This document shows, in pieces, positions 1 to 12,970 of a stretch of 64,000 nucleotides of DNA. Within the stretch, counting starts at the first letter, position 1, and every line of letters begins with the position of its first letter. The stretch lies in assembly GCF_009914755.1 (NCBI RefSeq), contig NC_060929.1. The stretch is one strand, 5' to 3'. The translations under genes and the position numbers were made by a program. This stretch comes from the human T2T-CHM13v2.0 reference genome, Homo sapiens. The notes under the pieces are model-generated. The model searched no databases. It was not told the origin of the DNA and saw nothing but the letters and a program-made list of their open reading frames with translations.

Positions 1-1756
1 CATTTTTCAGCTTTTTAAAGTGGGAGTTGATGGGGCAAGCTGGGTTGAGGGGTTTTAGGATGAGCCCATGTGAGGCCATATAGAACAGCTTGGCCAGCAA
101 GCCAAAGTTGGGAATCCACAGATGGAAGCATCCCATGCAGCCTGAGAAGGAGAGGAGGTTATTTTTCGTGTGGGGAAGAGGCATGTCCCAAATTAGCTCC
201 TTTCATTGGGTTGGAATGGCCTGAGAATTAGGGGTTAGGACAAGCCCAAGGTAAGTGACCTGCATTTGGGCTAACCTGAGCCTTTGTGGGTAAGACCCTA
301 AAATTTACTTGGTATGTCCCACCCCAAGATAGGGGTAGGGCACTGAGGGATAAACAGGAAAGAGTGGGTGAAGGGGGTGATGAATAGGTTGCATAATAGA
401 GGACCAGTCTGTTTGTGCCTAGAGGGGATTCTATCGACTCCCACAATAGAGATAGAAGAACTGAGGAGGGGCTCAGAATATTCTGGTAAAATTGAATAAC
501 TAGCCTCATATTTAATGGGAAAGACATGGGCTTAGCAGACACTGACAGCATTACTCTTGGTTCCAAGGTGGTGATGGTGGTGGGAGTGGTGGATTCTGGG
601 CCCTATCAGTCTTCAGGTAGAGGTGGTGAAGTGGGATAAAGCGTTTTGCTGAGCACAGTCTGAGATGTGCTCCCTGTCCTCCAGGGTGAGGGAGGAAGAG
701 AGGATGACGTAAGTGTCATGCCAGGTAATTTATAAGATTGAGTGACATACAGAAATTCCTTGTGGAAGGAGGTGGGATCCATGGAAAAGAAGCCAAGTCT
801 TTTTTCAAGCTGGAAGAGGTCAGCTAGGGAGAAGGAAACATAAACTCAGATTATACCTTCGGCCCGCGTGACTTCCCGCAAGGGGATGACTTTGGAAGGC
901 CTTTGGGTGTATGCCTGGTTTTCAGAGGAAGGGGGTTAAGTGTGAGACTGGGTATGCGGTGGAGAAGAAAGGGGGAACAGAGGGCAACAATAAGGGAGTG
1001 AAGGAGCCGGAGCTGAAGGAGGAGGAGGGGATGGTGGTGGGAGAAGGACTGAAGGAGGGGTTTTGTTGTCCGGGTTGAAATTAGAGGAGGAAGGCTTGTC
1101 TGAAGGAAGGGGCATTTTTGGGTTTGGAGGTTCCAGATTAGACATCTGAGAGTGGTGTCTGGAGGAAGTTTTGAGGAGCCTTGCCCCATACTGGTGGCTG
1201 GAAGGGTGAGAAATATAGAGGAGGGGTGTGAGTACCCTGGAGGGGAGTAAGTACCATGATTCCTCTTGGGAGGAGGGACATAAGAAAGCCAGGGCATCCC
1301 TGCAGCTCTTCACAGTCCTCTGGAGATCAGAGTGACTGGAGTGGCGAGCATTCTGAGGGCGTCCCCTGAGAAGGCAGACCATGGTCACCTGGTGACCAGG
1401 GAGACCTCTCACCCAGCACTGGGATTTTCTGGTGAAGGAGCAGAAGCATGAGAGGAATCTGGAGAGGAGGTAAAGGGAGACTCACCCATTAATTGGAGAC
1501 GGCGTTGGACGTGATGTTCTGCAATGGGGGTGATCCTTGCCGGAGCCACCCAGAAAGGGGGAGAAAGAAAAAAGAGGCTAGAGAGTTTGATCAGGATCTA
1601 GAGGTCAGCCCAGGGCCAAAGGAGAGAGAATAAGAGAAAAAGGGCTGCAAAGAGGGAGTCTACTCAGGATCTGGAAGCAGGCCTCAGTCTAATTTTTGCT
1701 GCTTGCTGCTTTCCAGGTTGCAAGAGAAGACTTACCCGTTTAGAACCCAATCTATG
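1..1756 (-). mobile_element. Degenerate ERV1 (HERV-F/H-like) internal region: leader, gag, pro and start of pol, internally deleted
   Basis: Minus-strand translations: MGQGSSKLPPDTTLRCLIWNLQT from ATG at 1189 (matrix-like N-terminus) followed by a Pro-rich tract; PLREV..VSFSLADLFQLEKRLGFFSMDPTSFHKEFLYVTQSY..TWHD at about 890-715 (capsid-like, with a stop and a frameshift); TLEPRVMLSVS (protease entry) at about 570-540. Confidence 0.8.
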
Positions 1757-1774
1757 TCCTGGGTTTCTGCGCCA
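1757..1774 (-). other. Retroviral primer binding site, tRNA-Phe type
   Basis: Minus strand TGGCGCAGAAACCCAGGA versus TGGTGCCGAAACCCGGGA (complement of the tRNA-Phe 3' end), 15/18; lies 3 nt inside an LTR ...CA end at 1778. Confidence 0.75.
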
Positions 1775-1777
1775 AAA

Positions 1778-2158
1778 TGTAGTGGAGTTTTTTTCATAAT
1801 CAGGAGTTTGAGAGGGTACAATGGAAGTTGTTAGGTTTTGAAGGGAAGGTGAGGGTTAAAGAAAGAGAGTTGGATGCTTTGCAGTAAATGCAGGTTTTAT
1901 GTCTAGCCCAAGACCTGCGGAGGTGGGGGACCAGGTTAATGCCTGAACCCACTGCCACTTACAGGCTGGGGTACTTACAGGTATGGGAGGGAGGGGTCTG
2001 GGCAGTATGGCTTGCTGCCCAACAGGCTATTGATAAGATGTTCCCATGATGAGGTGACTTGGTCCTTGTTCCAGCAGAATGTGATAGGGATGTTCCTTGG
2101 ACTTTTTCCCAGTGGAATGTGATCAGAAAGTCAGGTGGTCAGGCCGATGTTTCTCACA
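1778..2158 (-). mobile_element. 5' LTR of the PBS-Phe provirus
   Basis: TG...CA termini (minus strand starts TGTGAGAAAC), abuts the PBS, CATAAA-type signal near 1895-1900. Confidence 0.6.
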
Positions 2159-4704
2159 CAGAGAACCACTTCCACAAGATTAATTTCCATACTCCTTCCA
2201 CCACTTGTTTGAACCTTCAGCTTTATCCTATTAAATTCAAAACAATCTTTTAACTCTAGGCAACAATTTACATTTCCATGGCTTCTTATAACCTTTTAGT
2301 AAAACACACACACACAGACATTTTTCTGAACACACCTTGCATGTAAAAATATTTTTAGTAGTATCAATTACATGTTATAATGATGACTCTTAGCAATCTT
2401 ACTTTTAATGTAAAAGCTGGTAAGTTATGTTAATTATGTACTAGATGCTGATAAGGTCTTACTATTCCAGCATAGCTAGGGGTGTGGCCAACTCCACATG
2501 TCCCCAGGCCTTACCTAGCTGTAAAGCAGGCAAGTCAAACAATTTTCAAAAGCCAAAGAAGCAGTTTATGACCTTAAGGCACTTAGCAAACCTAATATTT
2601 GAACATAATTTAGATGACATGTTTGTATTTTGAAGACATTTGTGAAAACTTTACAGAGGAGATAAACAGTGACTTTCACGTCTCATTTAGCCAGTTTGCA
2701 CAGAGAGAAAGAGGTCAGAGTCTGACTGGTAGGAAATTCTTATCCTTTTGCCAGTAGGCCAGGTTTCTGGGTTTTCTCTCCCTGAGCAGCCCTAGTGAAC
2801 CTGCTCAACTGTATGCAAACAAACACACTACCATGAATTAAGAACATTTACAAATAGTTTACAAATTTTGGAGAAATTAGGCAGAGAGAGAAATATGACT
2901 TAAATTCTGTTTACAAAAGTATACTCAACATACTTAAAATATCAATAAGCCTAAACTCCAAAAAGTTAGTTTAAGGTTAAAAAGCTGATGTGTTCCATTA
3001 ACTCCTGTGGGTCTGACAAAGGTAGCCTAGGAATTCCAGTTAAATGGAACAAATGATGACTTGCTAGAAATGCACAGGAAACAAAATAACTATCCACAAA
3101 ACCAAATAAAAGCCTTCTAGAAGCAAAAACAAATAAACAGGAAAGCAACCCTAATTTTTTCTTACTCAATTTACCCTGGAGGCTAAAGTGTTGCCCAGGG
3201 CCCCAAAAGAGCCACATAATAAATATTTTATTCCTGATACACAATTCAATATCCTTAAGTTCACCAATATCATCATACATCCTGTGCAATCAAGAAGTTC
3301 ACTTTAGGCCCATGACCAATAAGCACTCCAGTGCCAGCACTATCCATGCAAAACAGTAAACATAGTGTGAAGCAGTGCAAGCATATCTGGGAAATTTGGC
3401 TCCACACTAAATCCAGCTTCAAGCTTAACTATATAAAAAAAAGAATTGCCAAACTGCCAATGCATTTCTTTACAATACTTATTATTTTACTTTAATCAAG
3501 ACTAAGAGCTTTAACTACGAAAATGTTAACTAGCCCAATGTCTCCAATTCTTTATCATGTTTTAAAGAATATTTTATTATCTAAACTTTTTCCACATCCT
3601 TCTCCCCTAATCACTGGTTCTTTACTACATTGTTTCACAAATAATTTTTTCAAATGTGTAATTTGAACTAACTTTTAGATAACTTCTTAATTAGACAAAA
3701 TTATTCTTTTTCTCAGTAATAACACAAACTTTTTGGCACATTTTGTATACAGAACTCTGTGTTAACTAGAAGTATTATCCTTAGTAACCTAAAATTTTAG
3801 TGAAACCCTAAAAAGAAATACTGAACTATCAGATATGGGCATTTATAGATAAGAACAATTCCACAATTTTTAGAAACATATTTCCCCATATCACAACCCT
3901 TCCTTAATTGGAAATGACCCAAATATTCAATGAGCATCAAAATTAATTTTAAGCTTTTAATTTACACAAAAAGTTTACCTAAAACATTTATCCCATTTAC
4001 TGTACTCAATTCTTTCATTTTTAACAGTTTATCTAGATTACTTCTGTAAACTGAGATATTAGACACTATCACTTAAAGTTAGTTATTTCCTTGCTAACCA
4101 TGTTTCTAATAGCCAGTGAATATCAAGTGCTCACCTGAACCTGAGAGTCTCAGAATTAAATACATAAGTATTTTGCCAATAACTCAGAAGACGTAGCTAA
4201 CATTAAATTGCTCTTATTTGTCAAAAAAAAAAAGGCACACAAACCGAGATCATTTTGTTTTGGCTGGGTTTGTAGTTTTATAACATTCTATGCCAAACAT
4301 TGACATCTCAAAATATTTAGCAAACACAAACATAAAATCCAGACAAAATGTATGCTGACAATTCTGAAGGCATTTCTATTTTTATTCTACCAATAATTTT
4401 AAAGCCAGCTTGTTTAGTAAAGTTATACTTAAGTCACTTTAACTTAAAAATCGCTTAGGCTTATTAATTTATGAGCGCTCTTTTACTTATAAGCCAATTT
4501 GGCAAACATAACATATAAGTGTACATACAAATAAACACATCTAGACATGTATACACACACACAAATGAAGATCTAATAGCTTGAAACCCTAGCCATGAGA
4601 TAGCAACACAAGCTTACCGGTTTTACTTTGTTTGCCCCAGTAGGTAATGCAATGAAGGCTGTGAACCAAAATTTTGGGTAAAGCAATTTCCATGGCAGTT
4701 TGAT

Positions 4705-5026
4705 TTTTTTTGTTTCTTTTTCTTTTTTTTTTTTTTCTTTGAGATGGAGTCTTGCTCTGTAGCCCAGGCTAGAGTGCAGTGGTGCAATCTCGGCTCACTG
4801 AAACCTCTGCTTCCCAGGTCCTGGTTCAAGCAATTCTCCTGCCTCAGCCTCCTAAGTAGCTGGGATTACAGTCACGTGCCACCATGTCCAGCTAATTTTT
4901 GTATTTTTAGTAGAGATGGGGTTTCACCTTGTTGGCCTTGTTCATGTCTTGAACTCCTGACCTCGTGATCCGCCCGCCTCGGCCTCCCAAAGTGCAGGGA
5001 TTACAGGCGTGAGCCACCGTGCCCAG
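4705..5026 (-). mobile_element. Alu (AluS-like)
   Basis: Poly-T followed by GAGATGGAGTCTTGCTCTGT...GAGCCACCGTGCCC. Confidence 0.95.
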
Positions 5027-5039
5027 ATGGCAGTTTGAT

Positions 5040-5357
5040 TTTTTTTGTTTTTGTTTTTGAGACAGAGTCTCACTCTGTTGCCCAGGCTGGAGTGCAGTGG
5101 CGTGATCTCAGCTCCCACTGCAGTCTCCGCCTCCCGGGTCTAAGTGATTCTCCTGACTCAGCCTCCTGAGTAGCTGGGACTATAGGCACGCACCACCACG
5201 CCTGGCTAATTTTTTGTATTTTTAGTAGAGATGGAGTTTAGTAGAGATGGGGTTTCACCACGTTGGCCAGGATGGTCTTGATTTCCTGACCTAGTGATCC
5301 ACCTGCCTCGGCCTCCCAAAGTGCTGGGATTACAGGCATGAGCCACTGCACCTGGCC
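5040..5357 (-). mobile_element. Alu (AluS-like)
   Basis: T-rich tail followed by GAGACAGAGTCTCACTCTG...CACCTGGCC. Confidence 0.95.
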
Positions 5358-6444
5358 CTAGCAGTTTGATTTTTAAAGGTGAAACCTCCCCAGACTCCAA
5401 AGAACACTAAGACCAAACAGTACCAAAGGAGAACATCACTCTTTCACCAGGCCCTCTGCTTAGAATAGCAGCACCAAAGCCTGGATATATGCAATGGCAA
5501 TGCCATCCCAGTTTTCCATTCAACAGTAAACTCCGCATTCCAAACAATATTGGGGCCAAATAGCATTGCAACTGCGAGATAAAATTCTAAGGAGAGTTTA
5601 ATACTAGACCTCAGAACCTCTGCCAAGGGCATCCTCTTTGGAGAGGTTGAGGTCCGGAGGATTCCCCTCTGGGGCTTCCCCTAGTGGGGCCCAATCTTAA
5701 GAGTGTCAGACGTCTCTGACCTTAGGTGGGCACCAGTCCTGCTTGCATGTTTTCCCTCTAAAGGGAATGGCCTACTATGAGCTTTCATTTTGTCCCTGGA
5801 TGAAGGCCTTGACTTTTAGCATCCTTATAATTTGATAAGGCCACACTTTCCCATGTTTCCCATTCCATGAACTTAATAACTGGAAGCTGGATGTGTTTCT
5901 TTTGCTCTTAGCCAGTTGACTAGGGAAACGGAAGAATTACGCATAAGAAAAGGTTTAAGTTGCCTGAAACAGGCGAGTTTGCTCTGAGCTGTGCCACACA
6001 TAGGGATCAGGGACCACACCCAGAAAAGATTTAAAAAAGAGTCCTTCTCCCTTCTGGGCAGGGCAATTATCCCCATTCACTCCATGGTCTTCAGGCAATA
6101 TTGGGGATTGATCCCAGCCAATTTCCCTCAATTTCCAAAGAGCTACTAGGAAACAGCTGCTAAAAGACCAATAAAGAAGAAAAGGAAAAAAAAAAAGAAA
6201 AAGACCCAGGTCCCTTAGGCAAACCAGGTGGTGGCGGTTAGGCTTCTTCACATGAAAACCCCTTAGTATTCACCAGCCATGGCCAGAAACCTGCAGTTTA
6301 CCTCCATGTTTACACGCTGCTCACCAAGGGTCCCGAGTTGGAAAGGAAAAGAGAGAGAGAGATTTCCCTGTATGTAAAAAGGGAAAGGAGAAAAATAAAT
6401 CCCAAACTTTGGGCTTACCTTCTCCTGGCTGGCTCACCAAAATA

Positions 6445-7268
<824 letters not shown>

Positions 7269-8544
7269 CTGGTATCCAAGGGACTCTGCCATTAGGCTAG
7301 CTGTGGAGGGATGGAGAGAGAGCTGAGGCCTCAAATGCCAGTATTCCTTCCTTCCAGATTTGCGTGTAAGACCAGATAATCTTCCAGACCAAACAGTATC
7401 TGTTGATGAGTATTAGGCTCGAATGAGAAGGAGAGAGAAGTGGAGCACTGGATTGAAGAGAAAGCAAAAAACCTTCCTAGATCAACAAGGAAATAGCCTC
7501 TTCTAGAATCCAGATAGGGCCCTGGACTCCTGTGGGATAATGTAGTGGGTGAAAAAATTGGTAATGAAGTCCTCGGATATGGGGATGCACTTGGAAGTCT
7601 TGGGAACAAGGAAGAGAGACATCCTGTGGTGGTGATTTTTAGATCCAACACCCAGGGGCTTGGGTGCCTTTGGGGGGATTAGTAGAAGAGATCGACACAT
7701 TGAGGGAGGTTCAGGATAACTGTCTGAAAATGAGAGATTTTTATTGCTTATACTGATGTCCCAATAGGGTCTGTATGTGCTTCAAATAGGTAGAAAAGAA
7801 TGAAGTCCGAGCCTGAAGATAACAATATCAGTCAGAATTTTAGGATTGTGAATACCTGTCCACAGAAATAGCTGGGCCCTGAGCCTCTGCTGATGATGTA
7901 GGAATGGAGGCAGTTAATAAGCTTTAAAGTCATAGGGTCTCAGGGCTAGGGTATGGTGAGGACACTTTGCCACCCCTAAGGTTCAAAGCCTCTTGGACTG
8001 GAGGAGGTTGTTAACAGATATTCTAGGCAGAAAAGCTGTGTCAGGTTGTGGTGTATGAAGAGGGAGAATTTGACACCAAATGGTCAGCTGGCCATCTGCT
8101 CACCTGTTCCCCTGTGCTCCCTACTCCCACAGGGTCTGCTTACAGAACAAGGCACAGCAAGGAGGCAAGACACAAGCAAGAAATGTGCTTGATGTTACCC
8201 ACTGCAGTCCTTCTTCCACTCTGGAGGATTCTGAAGACTCAGAAGAGGGACAGGCAATGGATTCAGTCTAAACCCCAGGACCAGGACACTGCCTCAGCTT
8301 CGAAGCCTGGATGCAATGCTCCAGGGTATAACCACTGCCCAGAAGCACAGCTAGTACAAGCTGCAGCCTCAATCCAGGCAAGGAGCCAACTCCAACAGGT
8401 CAGGCTCCAAGGGATGAAGACTGAAAACATGAATGTGTTGTGCCACTAACTCTAGCGTTTGCTTTTCCTTGTGTTTTTGCATGCATTGTAGACCTTGGCA
8501 TCAGCATTTGGCTAGCTTTAAGACAGAAACTGAGAAGCCTTTTG

Positions 8545-8929
8545 TGTTTTATGCGTCAACTTGACTGGGTCACAGCATGCCCAAATATTTGGTTAAACAC
8601 GATTTCTAGGTGCATCTGTGAGGATTTTCTGGACGAGACTAATATTTGAATTTGAATCAGTGGACTAAGTAAGGCAGACTGCCCTCCCCAGTGTGGGTGG
8701 CCCTCATCCTTCTCTCTGCCTGACACTCTTCTAGCTGGAACATTTGTCTTCTCCTACCCTCGGACTCAGACTATGACTGGAATTGATATCATTGACTCTC
8801 CTAGTTCTTCAGACTCAGATTGCTCTCCCGGGACTTCTCAGCTTCCAAATCACATGAACCAATTCATTATAGGAAATTTTTTTATATATCCTATTAATTC
8901 TGTTTCTCTGGAGAACCCTGATTAATACA
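8545..8929 (+). mobile_element. MLT2 (ERVL) LTR
   Basis: TTTATGCGTCAACTTGACTGGG start and TCTCTGGAGAACCCTGATTAATACA end match recalled MLT2 termini. Confidence 0.75.
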
Positions 8930-8959
8930 GATTTATTTTCCTACACTCCAGTAACTCTC

Positions 8960-9690
8960 CACTACTCCCTCCCTCAACCCCTGGTAACTATCCTACTTTC
9001 TGTCTCTATAAATTTGACTATTCTCAGTACCTCATATAAGAGGAATCATGCAGTATTTGTCCTTTTGTGACTGGCTTATTTCATTAGCATAATGTTTTCA
9101 AGGTTTATTCATGTTGTAGCATGTATCCAAATTTAATTCCTTTTTGAGGCTGAATGATACTCCATTGTATGTATATACCATATTTTGTTCATTCATCCAT
9201 TGATAAACATGTTGTTCCCACATCTTGGCTATTAGGAATAATGTTGCTGTGAACATGAGTGTACAAATATCTGAGTCCTTGCTTTTTTTTTTTTTTTTTT
9301 TGGACACAGAGTCTCTCTCTGTTGCCCAGACTGGAGTAAAGTGGTGTGATTCTCGGCTCACGGCAACCTCTGCCTCCTGGGTTCAAGTGATTCTCGTGCC
9401 TCAGCCTCCCCAGTAGCTGGGATTACAGGCGTGTGCCACCATGCCTGGCTAATTTTTTGTATTTTTAATAGAGATGGGATTCGTCATGTTGCCTAGGCTG
9501 GTCTCAAACTCCTGAGCTCAGGCAATTTGCCCACCTCGGCCTCCTAAGGTGCTAGGATTACAGGCGTGAGCCACCATGCCTGGATCATTGCTTTTCATTA
9601 TTTTGGGTATATACCTAGAAGTGGGATTGCTGGATCATATGGTCATTCTGATTTTTTGAGGAACCATCATACTGTTCTCCACAGTGTCTG
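8960..9690 (-). mobile_element. L1M 3' fragment with an inserted Alu (9283-9584, minus)
   Basis: GTACCTCATATAAG.GGAATCAT.CAGTATTTGTCCTTTTGTGACTGGCTTATTTCA and TTGCTGGATCATATGG are typical of antisense L1 3' ends. Confidence 0.85.
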
Positions 9691-10940
9691 ATGACCTACA
9701 GTTTTGAGCTTAGCCTTTCTAAAATAGTGGGGAAAAAAATGAAAAGAAAACAACTAGAAGTGGAAGTAATTTGTCCTTCATTAAGCCAGATATACACATC
9801 CTGATTCAAGCTTGAAAACAATATCACCTCCTTCGCTGATATGTAAGTACCTTTTTATAATTTAAATTTTAAGTTATGATTAATTAGAAACTTAAAATGT
9901 ATAGTCTGTATATGCACTGGATGTCCACAAAGTGACCCTTGGTTGCTAAATCTTTGAGAAAGGCTGAGTAGACACTGAACGAATGTATATCCAACTTACT
10001 TGTCAACTCCTCCAAGAACATTCCTTACCCCCTGACCCAAGACATGCTTTCTATGAGCTCCAACAGTGCCCCTAGTCTTCAACAGCTACCACATCTGTGC
10101 TCGTCACACTCTTGTCCTTCTCCTAGTCTCAACTGTGAGCCATGGATGGCAAAGGCCGGTTTTTACCCTTCAGGTCTCCAGTTAGGCCTGTGATGGTTCT
10201 AGGGTTTTGTTTAGGCTGCGAGTCTGATTGGGGCTAGGACAAAGGGTCAAATTCAGGATGAAAATCAGCCTGGCCAAGAGCAGTGGATACATAGCCCCCA
10301 TCATCCCACTTCTCAGATGCTCCTAGAACTCCAGCCCGGGATCCTTTATCCTCTGTATACTCCACCTTCTCCCCATACAAGACCCTCTGCAGAGAGCAGG
10401 CACAAGGAGCAGATAAATGATGGTCGATGCTGCCTGTCAATTCAGATGGGCCTGGCATAACGGTTAACTAATGGGTTTCTTGTTTGATTGATAGGTTCTC
10501 TCAAAACTAAAGGAGTTAAATTTCTTTAATAGCAATACATGCTCATTGTTAAAAACTCATATCAACTGAATTTCCCTTGAACACTATTAACATTTAGTGT
10601 ATTATCCTTTCACATTTGTATAGATATTTAGAAAAATGGAGTGTAGTATATACGTTTATATATTTTTGCTTAGCAGTACATCATAGACATCTATTTCATT
10701 ATATTCAAATGGCTCAATAATATTCCCCTGTGTAGCTGTACCATAATCTAGCCAAACTCCTATGTGGGGGCCTGGTTTGTATTTGATTTTTCAGTAACAT
10801 AAACAATGCTGAGATAAACCTCTGGCTATCAGCTAGATTATTTCTATTGACTGATTTTAATACATGATTGGAATTTTAACCACAAGGGGGAAGCAGGCAA
10901 CCATGGGAAGACAGGCTAAGATTTAGGATAAAGAAAAAGA

Positions 10941-11115
10941 GGCTGGGTGCAGTGGCTCATGCCTGTAATCCCAGCGCTTTGGGAGGGTGAGGCAGGAGGA
11001 CAGCTCAAGCCTAGGAGTTTGAGGTTACACAAAGCTATAATCACACTACTGCACTCCAGCCTGGGTGACAGAGCAAAACCCTCTCTCTCAAAAAAAAAAA
11101 AAAAAAAAAAAAAAA
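10941..11115 (+). mobile_element. Monomeric Alu (FLAM/FAM-like)
   Basis: GGCTGGGTGCAGTGGCTCA start, about 150 bp long, poly-A tail. Confidence 0.85.
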
Positions 11116-11583
11116 CGATTTAGAAAGTTATCTCACATACATAAGCTTACCCCAACCTTGTGAGCAGGTAGTAGCATTAGTATTAGCCTCATTTTTTGGA
11201 GGCAAAGCTGATGATTTCATTATCAGGCGCTCTTCTGTATTTCCAAATAAATTGACAGCAGTACAACATTCTGCCTACATTCAGTTCAAGTCCAGGTGCT
11301 GTGCTGGGGACACTATGAGGCATGCAGAAATAAAGAAGACAATCCCTGCCCCTCAGGGGGTCATTATCAGGTGTGAGGACAGACACACCTAAATAACCAA
11401 GTGCCCACTGTAACAGACAGGAGAGCCCAGGAAGGTAGGAAATTCACTTCGATAGTGAGGCTGGGCACAGTTTTATGGAAGGGGTATGCTGACAATAAGA
11501 GGTAAGGTGTATTTAGCCTTTACTCTGTGCATGGCACTGTGCTAAGTGCTTTACCTGCATAATCTCATTAAAACTTCCCCACA

Positions 11584-11742
11584 GGCCAGGCACCGTGGTT
11601 TATGCCTGTAATCCCAGCACTTTGGGAGGCCAAAACAAGAGGATTGCTTAAGCCCAGGAGTTTGCAACCAGCCTGGGCAACATAGCAGGGCCCTGTCTCT
11701 TAAAAACAAACCAACCAACCAACAAACAAACCAACAAACAAA
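11584..11742 (+). mobile_element. Alu left monomer with (AAAC/CAAC)n tail
   Basis: GGCCAGGCACCGTGG...CCCTGTCTCT. Confidence 0.85.
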
Positions 11743-12524
11743 TCCCCATAGACCTGGAAGGTATCCTACCCTTTTTTACAGAGAAGAAAACTGATGGTCA
11801 GAGAGGTTAAGAAACCAGCTACCGTGGCACAACACTGGAACGCGCGTCCTTAATGTGAATTCAGGAGGCCCTACAAGGGTTGGTAGACTTTCAACAGGCA
11901 GGGCTGGGAGAGAGACTTCTAAGAGAGGAAACACAGAAACGAAGCCTTAGAGGCAAGAAATACAGGCACGTCTGGGAATGGCAAGGGGATCAGCGTGCCT
12001 GGGGTGTGAAAAAGGAGGAATCTGAAGAGATCAAAACTAGAGAAAGAAAACTGAGTCAGAGTGGTGAAGACTGTGAGTAGCAAGGCAAGGAGATCCCGCT
12101 GTATTTTGTATTCAGGTGAAACCAACTGAAGATAATGACATCATGTGTGCTTTATGAGGATTAATTTGGTGCATTGCATAAGAGAACAAGGAGACTAGTT
12201 AGGGGCTTGTTAAAATAGTCCTGGCCAAAGATAACTAGCGAAGGAATGAGAACCAGAAGACATTACAGAGATAAAATCCACAAGATCTTATTAGATGCTG
12301 GGGAAAGAGGAAAGAATTGTGATTAAGATTTTCATGTTTGGGCAACCAGGAGAATGTGAGTGTGTACACCAGGAGAGGGGCTGGACAGAAGGGAGAGGCG
12401 AGTTCACTTTTCTTTTATGAGCTGGAAGGACCACAGGGACCTTTGAGTGGAGATGTTTAGAGGAGAGTTAGAAACAGGAAGCTGGTGATTTAGACATAGT
12501 ACCTGAGAATCAGAAGAAACCCAG

Positions 12525-12970
12525 GGCCGGGTGTGGTGTCTCACACCTGTAATCCTAGCACTTTGGGAGGCCAAGATGGGAGGGCTGCTTGAGGCCAGGA
12601 GTTCAAGACCAGCCTGGTCAACATAGTAAGACCCTCTCTATATAGAATAAAATAAAATTTAAAAAAAGAAGAAGGCTGGGTGCAGTGGCTCACACCTGTA
12701 ATCCCAGCACTTTAGGAGGCCGAGGCGGTGGATCACCTGAGGTCAGGAGTTCAAGACCAGCCTGATCAACGTGGTGAAACCCCGTCTCTACTAAAAATAC
12801 AAAAATTAGCTGGGTGTACTGGCAGGTGTCTGTAATCCCACCTACTCAGGAGGCTGAGGCAGGAGAATCACTTGAACCCAAGAGACAGTGAGCCAAGATT
12901 GCGCCATTGCATTCCAACCTGGGTGACAGAACGAGACTCTGTCTCAAAAAAATAAAAAATAAATAAAAAG
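12525..12970 (+). mobile_element. Alu left monomer followed by an AluS (12674-12970)
   Basis: Two GGCYGGG starts, each with an A-rich tail. Confidence 0.9.

Larger units (their letters stand above)
2159..6444 (-). mobile_element. MER4-group (MER51-int-like) non-autonomous ERV internal sequence
   Basis: AT-rich non-coding internal sequence contiguous with the MER51 LTR; PBS at 6422-6439 TGGTGAGCCAGCCAGGAG (17/18 to tRNA-Arg), followed by the splice donor AAG|GTAAG. Confidence 0.7.

Noticed and set aside
228-1412. ORFs of 112-158 aa as intact retroviral genes
   Set aside because: Gag and pro similarity jumps between frames with stops and deletions, and there is no intact DTGA protease motif.
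4744-4968. Alu-derived ORFs (this one and many others in the track)
   Set aside because: Typical Alu translation products, not genes.
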